This document shows, in pieces, positions 39,931 to 51,600 of a DNA stretch of 64,000 nucleotides. Under the pieces are notes generated by a model. It did no database searches and was not told where the DNA came from. It saw nothing but the letters and a program-made list of their open reading frames with translations. Position numbers and translations under genes: made by a program. Where the stretch lies: contig NC_058368.1 in NCBI RefSeq assembly GCF_018350175.1, positions 221,404,001-221,468,000 on the forward strand, given 5' to 3'. Every line of letters begins with the position of its first letter. The first letter of the stretch is position 1. Origin of the DNA: Felis catus (taxonomy: Eukaryota).

Positions 39931-42539
39931 GTACTTCTCTGAATTCAAAAGCAGTCATCTATTCATAAGCTTCTCTCTTCCACTTGGGCGGTTAAATTCC
40001 TGCCATTCTGAATAGAACTGTGCTCCTCTGTGTCACCTTTACAAAATGTCAAAAAACACAAAAATATGGTAACAATTAGGTTAATTCAAAAATTTGTCAT
40101 GCCTGCAACCACTGAAATTTGTCTAATGTATTTCATACATTTTATCCACCTCATGGACTATGTAGATATCTTATCCGTTAATGAACAGCAAAAGCTGTTC
40201 ATACACGTTTGGTAAAGGTCACCTATATTCAATCAGCACCTTTCTGTGTAATAACTGGGTGACATTTCTCATCCATTTGTGATCAATGAGCATGCATATT
40301 TTAGCTCAAAAGTCCATTCTCTTTAAAAGTACCACTCTTATAGCTTTTTATTTCATAGCTAGGTGATATTTAGTGCAGGGAAATGACACTAACTCTTATT
40401 ATTAGGGCTTTTGATCTTTAGAGGAAAATAATTGGTAGAGCAAACAATAGAAATGGCCTATCCTGGAGAATCAGTAGTCAAAAAGCATATCCTGAATAGA
40501 TATTCTTTGGTCTCTCACAGTTAAGGAACGGTTACACCAGGATATTTAATACTACCATAATTAAACTATACTTTATCGTTTGTCCTTTAGATGAGGTGAA
40601 GTGAAATACCCTAAAAATCAATATAGAGTAAACAACAGCGTTAATTCTGGAAAATATTTCTTTCACAGATACTTAGAAGCAATCTTCCTTGGAACCATAA
40701 TCCTCAAAAAGAAGTCAGAATCCTTGCAGAAACAGTGTGGGTCACCTGGGTCTAGATTTCTGGATTTTTCTAAAAGCCTCAATGAGGCACAAATGACATT
40801 TTAAATAGCTTGTGAGGAAAAGAAGTGATTTTTAATGCAGATTCACCAAATATAATGTGGCTGTTTTTTTATCAGTGCCCCCAAAGGCAAACATCTGAAA
40901 GGCAAAGAAAAATACAATACCAAGATAAATGTTGGGACTAGTGTCTAAAGAGGAACATAATATTAATAGAGAAATATCTCCTGTCAGAAACAAAAAAGAG
41001 TAAACAGGTTTCATATCCCACAATTCTGTAATTTACTCAGAAGTATAATTAGACATTGGGATTTTTTTTTCCTTACCAGATGCTAAGCCAATTTCTTTTT
41101 AAGACATTTTAAGGAAATAAACAAAAACAAAACCAAAAAACAGACCCAGTTATGCTCTGATCAGCAGACATGAGGAGAAGAACCCATCACAGTTAAGTGG
41201 CAATGAATGCAAAGTTAACACAAAAACTCTTAGGAAAAGTGATGTGAGTGTTACACGAATCCCTTCAAAGAAGTGAAGCTTGTTGGGTAATGAGGGTTTA
41301 TGTTACTCTTGGTCTTGATCAATATACCAACTTAGGAAGCTAACAGCCCCTTCTTCCAGCCACTCTCTTCTAGACCTTTCTTAGTCCAGGTTTTACAGAC
41401 CTGCCCCTCATGATGAAGTATCCACACACCTATAGACCTCGAGCCTCTTCACCATCTTTCGTGTGTGTGTGTCTGTGATGGGAGTATCCTGCTCACGAAG
41501 CGTCGAGACTGGTTTGGGTAAAAGCAGTACAGTTAAAATGTTTTGCTTCACAAAGTCACTCATTCGTCTTTGGAGGAACCTGACTTGGAAAACTTCCCCC
41601 CATTCTAAGCATACTTCTCTATGCATAGGTAATCATCCTCCTCAGATCCATATAAGTCAAATATTGATTCTTTGACTCTAGGCAGGTTCTTAAAAGTAGG
41701 ATTATAGGTTAAGTAACAAATCACTAAGCAAGATAAAATGCTTCTTCCATAGGAAAATGCCATAATTTATCCATGATGCCCAGACCCTGCATCCCCACTG
41801 CTTCATTGTTCCTCTATAGTTTGTGTCTAGGTTCAGGCATGTCTCTAGGGTCCCTGATGGACACGTTATAGCTTGATGCTATTGAAAGACCGTTCACTCC
41901 CTTTCCTCTGACCCATACCAAGTCACCAAAATTAGGCCCTAGTTTCCTCTCTGCTTGCTTTCCAAGAAAATTAAACCTTCTCAGGCATGGTAAACATTTC
42001 AGAATCTTGAGGGTTGGTTAAAAGGGTGACGCTGTTAGTGTTGCACTCATTGAAATGGTAGATAGGTTTGGCATTCCAAGAAGAAATTCCAGAATGAAAA
42101 ACATTTTTGTTCTTATGAAGCCAGTATCAATGAAAGTAAAAGATATATCTAAAAAATCAGTCCTGAGACTTGTGTGTCAACTACTTGTTAGATACAGCAG
42201 AATTGTAATAGCGAGGTAGTAATAAAGAGTAGAATTTCCATAGTCCTGGAGCCAGGAGGGTAACAACACATGCAAATGGAAAAAGCCAAGCATTTTTGTT
42301 GCTAGATATAATTTTAAAAGCAGAAACAGTTTGTTAGGCATTATGCTTTTTTGGTGTTAGTTATGATTCCTACAAAAAAACATAGCAATATTGAAGAATG
42401 TCAGAAATACCTGTTTGTAGTGTTTTCCACTAGGTAAATTATCAGATAACAGAACTATCATCTGTATGTCATGTTCACAAAAGGTGTTCATTTGGTGTGC
42501 AAGGTGCATACCAAATTTGAAGCCCAATGTCAACCTTGT

Positions 42540-42780
42540 TAATAACTATATGGAATGAAAGCACAGTGAAAAGAATGATAATGTTATAGTGTATTCACTT
42601 AGACAACATCATGAGTGCTTTTCTTTGGGGGGATTGACTGAGAAAGTGTACAAAAGGAGCCTTCTGAGGTGCTTGAGATGGGCACCTTGATGTGAATGGT
42701 GACTATGTGAATATGTAGGTAGGTAGGTAGGTAGGTAGGTAGGTAAGTAGGTAGGTAGGTAGACAAAAACATAGTGTGAT
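42540..42780 (+). mobile_element. Old L1M 3' UTR fragment containing (TAGG)n at 42716-42762
   Basis: ggggggattgactgagaaagtgtacaaaaggagccttctgaggtgct...cttgatgtgaatggtgactatgtg is an L1ME-type end. Confidence 0.65.
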
Positions 42781-42879
42781 TTTTTTTTATTAAAGAAATT
42801 ATGCTGTTTAGCTAAGAATTTTGGTGTAATTATAAATTATCTGTATTTTTTTCTTTTCAAACATGATTGAGATTGATTT

Positions 42880-43089
42880 TTTTTTAAGTTTATTTATTTA
42901 TTTTGAGAGAGAGAGAGAGAGACAAAGGGAGAAAGGGAGAATCAGAGAGCGGGAGAGACAGAATCCCAAACAAGCTTTGCACTGTCAGCACAGAGCCTGA
43001 TGCAGGGCTGGAACCTGTGAACTGCGAGATCAAGACCTGAGCCAAAATCAGGAGTCAGACACCCAACTGAGTGAGCCACCCAGGCGCCC
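42880..43089 (-). mobile_element. CanSINE
   Basis: TSD tgaga(t/c)tgatttt. Confidence 0.93.
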
Positions 43090-44029
43090 TGAGACTGATT
43101 TTTATTGTGACAGAAATAACACATTTCATTGGGTTATTTTTATCACAATGAATTTTATCCCACCAGTTTGCAAGTGAAGAGCACCATAGAAAGTCTTTTA
43201 CAGTCGTCAAACTGATTGCACACAGATACATGAGAAAAGAAAGAAAGAAGTGTGTAAGAATTTCCTGCAAGAAGCATACAAATTTATAAATTAGAAAATA
43301 CATGTTTGTTTTGATAGTTTATACATTTTAAAGGTAATGATTTTGTGTATAAGGAGAGTTCGAAGCAGAAATGCAATAATTGCCCCAGACATTTTACTGT
43401 ACAGATGTATTTTAGCAAAAAGTGACAACAACAGCATAATTTTAGATGAGGACTCTGTAATAAGGACACTTTACTGATACATGATTTCAACAAGGCAATA
43501 GAAGCCAATTTAGAATAAAACAGAAGAGTTGCCTAAACAGACTACAAGTAGCACTGCTGAAATCTTCTCGTCCTGAGCATCTCCCTGGAGCTCTCTGACA
43601 AAATCTGAACTTCCCAATATTATTTTCACCCTTTAATTTGGGGTATGATAGGCCCTAGGGTTAGAAATGCAACTAGCTATTTCTTACTAATCAATATCTT
43701 CTCATGGTAACTTTTCATGATGACTGGCACTGGAAAAGTGGAACTGACCTGCTCTGAACACCAAGTGTTTTTGGAAAGGGGAAAGGTCTATTGTGTGAGA
43801 TAAATGGAGAGAAGACCCAACGAGAAACTACACTGTGCACCAGACTCACTGGTATTTAATCCTGAGGGAGAGAGCAGAACAGAGGAAAAGGAAAAAAGTG
43901 CAGGAAACCTAACCTAGGCTCCTTTAGGAATTGTTCAAGTCCAATCTGCATGGTGGAGTTAATTCCCTTATTCCTTTTGCAGATATCCATTTTTAAGGGA
44001 ACCTGTAAGGAGATTTTGAGAGCTGTTTA

Positions 44030-44250
44030 TTTTTTTTTAATTTTTTTTCAATGTTTATTTATTTTTGGGACAGAGAGAGACAGAGCATGAACGGGGGAGG
44101 GGCAGAGAGAGAGGGAGACACAGAATCGGAAACAGCTCCAGGCTCCGAGCCATCCGCCCAGAGCCTGACGTGGGGCTCGAACTCCCGGACCGCGAGATCG
44201 TGACTTGGCTGAAGTCGGACGCTTAACCCACTGCGCCACCCAGGCGCCCC
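44030..44250 (-). mobile_element. Young felid CanSINE
   Basis: CpG-rich; perfect 14-bp TSD ttgagagctgttta at 44016-44029 and 44251-44264. Confidence 0.96.
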
Positions 44251-44666
44251 TTGAGAGCTGTTTAAAGTCTCCCGCCTACTGGAGGTCAATTCAAGTGACT
44301 GTATATGTGGCTTGCCTACCAGATGCTACCTGGAGTAGAACACTACAGTTAGTAATAGAGAAAATTCTAATTTTTCCTTAAAAATACATGTATGTACACA
44401 CATAGCCTATGTATATAAAAGTATATGTATATAGGGATATACGCATATATATGCATATCTCTACTTTTATACATTTAATTACGTATATGCATACACACAC
44501 ACTATTCCCCCAGAACTTCTGAAACGTGATGTGCAAAGCAAGATATGGCATGCTCTTATTTATGTTATTTTATCCCATCTAGACATCTAGAGATAAATCC
44601 TATGATCAATGAATGAATACTTCTCTTTTGTTACTAATAACAGGTTAATGATGAGAAAATGTGATT

Positions 44667-44668
<2 letters not shown>

Positions 44669-44706
<38 letters not shown>
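44669..44706. repeat. (TG)n microsatellite
   Basis: About 19 perfect GT units. Confidence 0.96.
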
Positions 44707-44709
<3 letters not shown>

Positions 44710-44959
44710 AGTGAGAGAGGGAAAGAAATACCATACAGAAAAAAGAGTGAGCATTTTATCCCAGGCTTTTATTTCCTCATGATGAACTAAATTCAAGAAC
44801 AACAAAGAAAGGGAAATAAACTGGCAGAACGTTCTCCTTTTTGCAGAGAATTAGGGAAGAAGAAAAATCATCAGAAGAAACAAATCCGATGGCAATAGAG
44901 TAAGAGTGAGAGGGCTCTTTGCTTCTTTGTGTGTAAAAAGCATAAAGTATATATTTCTA

Positions 44960-45172
44960 ATTTTTCTTCATTTTTTTTAATGTTCAGTTGTTTTTGAGAG
45001 AGAGAAAGAGATGGGGAGGAGGGGCAGAGAAAGAGCGAGACACAGAATCTGAAGCAGCTCCAGGCTCTGAGCTGTCAGCACAGAGCCCGATGTGGGACTC
45101 AAACTCACAAACTCTGAGATCAGGACCTAAGCTGAAGTCGGTCGCTTAGCCAACTGGGCCATGCAGGCCCCC
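44960..45172 (-). mobile_element. Felid CanSINE
   Basis: TSD cataaa(g/t)tatatattt. Confidence 0.93.
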
Positions 45173-46529
45173 CATAAATTATATATTTTAAAACTTCATC
45201 ATTGATTGTTTTGAGGATTAAATGAGATAAAGGGTGGGAAAGTACCTATCAGAGTCCCTGATGAATAGCAATCGCTCAAAGAAATAACAAAAATTGTTTT
45301 TTCTTTTGCCTTTCCCAACCTTAATGAGGTCACCAGGAAACACAGCCAGGACTGCTGAGTAGATCTGAAAGGTGTAGTGATATGAAATTAAAATAATGGG
45401 CTTTGCAATTCGACACATTGAAATTCCAGTCTGATTCCATGTCTCAATACCTGTTCAGTTTTAGACGTTTTTTTTTTTACTTTTGTTTAGCATACCGATA
45501 ATATTTGTGACCTCAGAAGTGGTTTCTGTATTGAGATGCCATCATAAATGAACTTAGCAAAGTGCCTGGCTTATAGCGAGCACAATGCTGGTGTAGATTA
45601 TTATTACATTAACTAGATGGCCCAGGTCCCCATATTTTGCTGGCATTCCCCGTGTATTCCCTCAATCTCTCTAGGTTTCAGAGTTTTCAGGATTTTTACC
45701 CCTCACCCTATCTACAACTTTGATTCCCAGTGTCTCTAACAATTCCAAGCTAAGAAAAGCACCGTTTGTCTGGAGGATGAAACGTTAACTTTTATTGCAA
45801 CCCATGGCAACTTAAACGTCTGGGCCTGAGCTAATAAAATAGATCTGATTTTCATCAGTGCCACCTTTATCATGGCTCAGGACCCACTGCCTTGACGGGT
45901 GCACCGGGTCCACTCAACTCTCACTGGGCTGTTTGTGAAAGGTCCCAGGGTGCTCGCTCATGCTCTCAAAAACGAGATTCTTGGGTTTTCCCCTCTGACC
46001 TCCTGCCTTCTGCCAGGCAAGCCTGTAGTGCTCATGTCTCTTGGAAGATGGCAACTCCTCTGGGCAATACTGTCCCTTGTTCTGTCTCCATTGCTCACAC
46101 GACTGCAGTCACAGAAAAAGAGCACTGCCCTTCCCTTTATCTCTTCTTACTTGCAGCTTGAGCGTGTATCTTTCCTTAAGCCGCTTGGCACCTGTAGACC
46201 AAATGGCAAGTTGTTTTTTTTTTTTTTCATTAAAAAAAATAATGATGGAGAGTAGAATTTAGAAGACATAAATCAAATGGCAGGCAGTGTATCGGCTCTC
46301 AAGCCCACAGGCCTGGTACCTGAATGTGTCGTTTCTCATAACTCCTATTTCTCATCAGCCAGGGGTGAACTTTCTTTTCCCAACTGGACTACATTCAAAT
46401 AGATCTTCTAGCACTGAGGCGAGGACTCAGACTCCATGCTAGGTCTGATTAGTTTTGACACCCTCATTTTCATTTCCAGATTCTAACTCGTGTGAGAATG
46501 TCCACTTATTTCAATTAAAAAATACTTCT

Positions 46530-46752
46530 CTTTTTTAATGTTTTTACATTTATTTATTTTTGAGAGAGAGAGACAGAGACAGAGTGTGACTGGGGGAGGG
46601 GCAGAGAGAGAGGGAGAACCGAAGCAGGCTCTCCAGGCTTTGAGCTGTCAGCTCAGAGCCTGATGTGGGGCTCTAACCCATGAACTGCGGGATCATGACC
46701 TGAGCCAAAGTTGAAGTCGGGCACCCAACCAACTGAGCCACCCAGGTGCCCC
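46530..46752 (-). mobile_element. Felid CanSINE
   Basis: TSD aaaaaatacttct. Confidence 0.94.
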
Positions 46753-48119
46753 ACAAAAAATACTTCTTTTACCTGCTATGCTGTTCTTAATAGAAAAAGT
46801 AGAAGAAAGTAATCCTACATAAATTCAGTCTGTATTCACAATTATTACTACTATTTTATTTTATTTTGTTTTAATTTTTTTGTATTAACAAGGCTTGAAT
46901 GATACCGTGGGTAGGCTGGCATTAGTCCAATAAGTTGAACTGAGCCAAACCAAGTTGTTATTCTCTTCTGCAGTGAAAGAGTGCAGTGGAGTCTTCTGGT
47001 CCATTCAGTAATCCTGTGGGTCTTTGTATACAAACAAATTTGTATACAAACAAAGCAAAAACCTGAAGAAATGTAGCTCTAACCCCTAATAGAAGAAAGA
47101 TTAACTTCTTGTTCTAGGTTATGCACATTCCAGAAGTAAGCTGCCATTCATCACACAGTACACTTCTAACCCTCAGGTCTCTCTTGAATCCACTTGTAAT
47201 CTCCAATGCTTGGGAAAGTGGTCAGCAAATAGAAGGAATAGGGATATGTTGTTGAAAACATAGAGAAAATGGGAGTTTTCCTATCATCTAATATTTACAG
47301 CTTCAAAAAACACTGCATTTGGAATATGGTTTCAACCAATGTATCCCATTAGATCTCCTTTTCCTCTTGGTTAGAATTCTGAAAGTGTTTTCCCCTAGAA
47401 ACATTAATTTCAAATTTGGGAACTTGCAATACCTTTAGTTCACCTTAGACTTTATACATACAAATTGGTAAGAACATTTAGTATTCACAAACAAACAAGA
47501 GGCCTGTATGTAGGACTCTAATATATGAGCCAGATAAGCTAAAATGTGTTCGGCATTCATGTTTGAAACCTCAGTATCTTCTGCTACGTCATGTATGATA
47601 ACTCCCCCCCCCCCCACGCTTCCTCCCTGTGCCGCGGTTCTCAGTTGTGCCTCCCAATTCCCTAATTCTCTGACTGCAGATGCATATTGCTGTTTCACTC
47701 TGAAAGTCAGGCCTTCATTCTTGCAGGGATTCAGCCTCCTTGTCAATATCCTGGCCTCCGGTCTCTTCTCTTTCGCGGCCTGTCTCCCCAGCTATGATCT
47801 TAACCTTGCCACTTTCCCACGTGAAGCCTCCACTGACGCTCTGTTAATACGAAATGAGCTCCAGTCTTTCTAGCATGGAATATGAGGACGCATCCCCATC
47901 TTCTCCCCTCCCCCTTCCTTCCTGCCATTCCTTTCCCCGTGAAGTTCTCTTTAGTCACTGTGAATAATTTTCAGTCACATGCCCAAGAATCTACAAACAC
48001 ACTCCTAATGGTATTTTTGGCCCCTCTGCTGTCCACAGTGCTTGAAACGTATCTGCTCTTCTCCTTCTTATCCTTAAACTCCTCCATAACTATTCTGGGT
48101 AATTCCTGTTGTCTCTTGG

Positions 48120-48365
48120 AAACTCAGAACTGACATCACTTTCACCAGGAAGCTCTTCTTCATCTCCAACCAGAAGCCTAATTTGACTGTTTTACTACAT
48201 GTGCCATATTGCTTCCTAATTTTCTTTGTGAATTTGTGTCACCTGATAGATTATAAACTCTGTGCAGGCCCAGGCTGTATCTAATGTTTGTTTAAACCTC
48301 AGTGTTTGGTACTGTGTTTGTCACATGATAACACTTGAGTGCTAATTTTTAAATGCATGAACACA
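48120..48365 (+). mobile_element. L2 3' fragment
   Basis: catcactttcaccaggaagctctt...tagattataaactctgtgcaggcccaggctgtatc...cctcagtgtttggtactgtgtttgtcacatgata. Confidence 0.65.
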
Positions 48366-48386
48366 TGTATAAAAGAGTATGTTCCT

Positions 48387-48566
48387 GGGGCGCTTGGGTG
48401 GCTCAGTCAGTTAAGCATTTGACTTCGGCTCAGGTCAGCATCTCACGGTTCATGAGGTCAAGCCCCACGTCAGGCTGACAGCTTGGAACCTGGAGCCTGC
48501 TCCAGATTCTGTGTCTTCTTTCTCTCTCTTCCCCTCCCCCTCTCAAAAATTAATAATAAACATTTA
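48387..48566 (+). mobile_element. CanSINE whose tail has become a microsatellite
   Basis: ggggcgcttgggtggctcag head; tail runs into (AAG)n(TAG)n. Confidence 0.93.
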
Positions 48567-48587
48567 AAGAAGAAGAAGAAGAAGAAG

Positions 48588-48619
<32 letters not shown>

Positions 48620-48641
48620 GTAGTAGTAGTAGTAGTAGTAG
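48567..48641. repeat. Compound (AAG)17(TAG)8 trinucleotide repeat
   Basis: Counted directly from the sequence. Confidence 0.95.
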
Positions 48642-51600
48642 TTGTAGTATAGTAGTTCTTTAAGGACTGTTGAGATGTACGGCCAAGTTGTAAATACTCA
48701 GTAATGACTTTGGAGACCTCTCTATCTTTAGTTGCTGACTACACATTTTAGTTCTTTTTGAATTATAATACCATCTTACAATTCATAGATTTAATAGCGA
48801 AATGTCTCTTGTGTGTCAGAAACTGGGCCAGATCCAGGGTAGCTATAAGCTAAAATAATCACTAAAACGTATATAGGTACAAGTGTGGAATGTGCTCTGA
48901 AAGAAATGTGAATGGTATTGTGAAATACAGAAAGGCGGGGCCTGGCATGGCCTAGAGACAAAAGAAGCCTCCTTGGAAGGACCTATGTTTGAAGAGAAAT
49001 CAGTAGATGTGTAGTAACCAGATGGAGACGGAAGGAAGACGTGCCAGGCTGATGGACTGGATGGTTCATGCAAAAGCCAGTGGGATGCCGGTGTGTGCTC
49101 GAAGGGTGGAGAGACACCAGGGTCGGAGAAATAGACACAGAGGTGCACAGCTGTATGAGGGGAGGCTGTGACAGTTTTGGAGATAAAGGCTTGGAAATGA
49201 GGCATAAGTGGGGCGGGGCTCTTACATTACTTCAAAAAAAAAAAAATACCAGGAGTCCCCCACGTTGTGGTGAAGGAGAGAAATGTGCATGAAGACGGAA
49301 TTTCAGAGCTCAGGGCTCCTTCACTGAGAAAGGGATGGATCAAGATGACCCAGCGTCTGCGAGGGACTAGCAGAGGACAGATGTGACAGTCTGTTTGGAC
49401 TCCCGATTTTAGGTGACTTTTAGCACCAGAGTTCCACCATAGGACATTTTGGCCATCACAGGCATGGACAGGATGTAACAGAGATGAGAGAAGGAACTCA
49501 CGGCTAAACCATGAGAAACTGTAACGGTTGTTAACTCTGTGAAGACGAGAGAGAAGAGAGGGGTCATCCCCAATTTGTTTTTATTGTATGTGGTTTTATT
49601 ATACTGTGAACTTTGTGAGAAAAGAAAAAAAAAACTGTACTTACTTAATGTGGTCACACAGCACCAAAACGGCAGCCAAATTGTGAACCTTTACAAAAAA
49701 AAAAAATTGTTAGCATGAACTGAATTAAGTACTTATCCTCCAAGAAATCACTGTAACATCTAATTGAAAAGTGAAAATTATGTATCTCTCCATAGTGCCA
49801 TATTTAAGCAAAAAAATTACATTCATTCTAGGGGAAAGGTGGGGGATCTTTTTTTTAGTAATGCTTTGCTTTTAAAACAAATTATCTCAACTTGAATTAA
49901 GTATAGGCCAGTGGTCATCACCCAGGACAGATCATGATGACTCAATATGAGGATTAATTATAAAAGTAATCATGGCCGTTATCTAATTATTCAAATCTTA
50001 ATTGTGACTCTGCTGGCCCAATTAGTCAGAACACAAGGCTAATGTTAGAGATAGGTGGGTACTCAGCATCTGTGCCTAAGTGAGAGGCATCTGTTGCCAA
50101 GAGGTTAAGTGATGGAAAGTGTCAACTCACCAGCTGTGAAGGGAGTGAGCCTTAGAAAAGCTCACAGGAGCCGGCGTGGTGATTTAGCACACAGGGCTGG
50201 GGGCAGGTGAGCAGAGAGAGCATGTGCACTCTGGAGGCATTCGGTACCCAGGGTGGACTGGGGAAGGCTGGCCCTTGCTTATCTCACCATTGGGTGCTGC
50301 CATTAAACATAGGGAAAAAAATTAAGCAAAAGATACAAAGATACGTCTGTTCTTGGTCCCTCGCAAGTGGATGATGCTATGAAAAGAAATGAGCTAGCAG
50401 CAAATTTTAAACACATAAATGTGCTTTTATAAATTCATTAGTGTCATTGATGGCTTTAACATTTATTTGATCCACGTTGTATCTAATAAAAGAAATAGAA
50501 TTACCCAGATGAAATATCTTCTTATAAGTATAAATGGTAAAGTAATAGATTCCAGATTGGTACTATTGATTTTGACTTTAGTAGTATATAATCTACAATA
50601 TCTCCCACATCTCATATATTTATATGCTATTATTGATTTTGACCATGTTATATAGGAAGGATTCTATTAATAATGTTATTGATTTTAAATATATTTATTA
50701 TTAATATTTATAAACTTTTCATGTTGCTTTAAAGTCTGTACTGAACTATAATCAGTTGTTAGGGAAAGGGAAGAAGTGTATAAAGTATGACAAAACTGAT
50801 TAGAACCTGGATCGCATCAACTTTTGACCTCGCTGTGGATTTGCGTTGGCTGTTTGTTGACCCTGTCATAGGTTCAAGTTTTTATTAATTCACATTTTGG
50901 AATGTGCGAATGAAAGAGTGTTTACATTCATTGAAGTCAGAAAATGTTAATTTACATGAAATGTATATACATCTTGCTCATGAGTGTGATAGAAACGATT
51001 TCAACTTTTCACATTGGTTTCACAGAAGAAAATTACATTTCAACAAAATTAAAAGAGTTTGGGGAGCTTTTTCAGCCTTGCATCTTCATGCTCCCTTGTT
51101 ATTGAATCACAATAAGAAATCCTGTTAGTTCTCTGCTACTGAGCAAATTGCTTTCCGCAATTATGGTTTATGTTTTAATGGCGGTGGCTTCACATTAGGA
51201 GAATTATTCCAAAGCAGCATTGCCTCTTGATGCCCACACGGAACAGCACCCTGCCTACTTTATAAAATCCATGCCTCCCATGTTGCCTCTAAGGAAAATA
51301 TATAAATAAATGCTTGCCAATCTTGCTTCTGAGAGAGGTTTAATTGAGGATAATGAAACATCCCTAGCTCCAGAATGGGAGTATGATGGCCACAAAGCCC
51401 TTTAAAATGCTAATAGGCAGAAGGCATTTATAGAAGTTTTGGAAGATTATGCAGCATGGTAATAGTGGAGGCAGGTGACAGTCTGTCAAAATTACCTGCA
51501 GTGATCAGACTTATTTTCCCTCTTTCTATGTCTGATGCCCACTTGAATGAGGGATCTAGGATGATACAATGTTGGCACCTTCAACACTAAGCATCCTGCC

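Noticed and set aside
47023..47054. Tandem tttgtatacaaacaaa x2
   Set aside because: Simple 16-bp local duplication with no further structure
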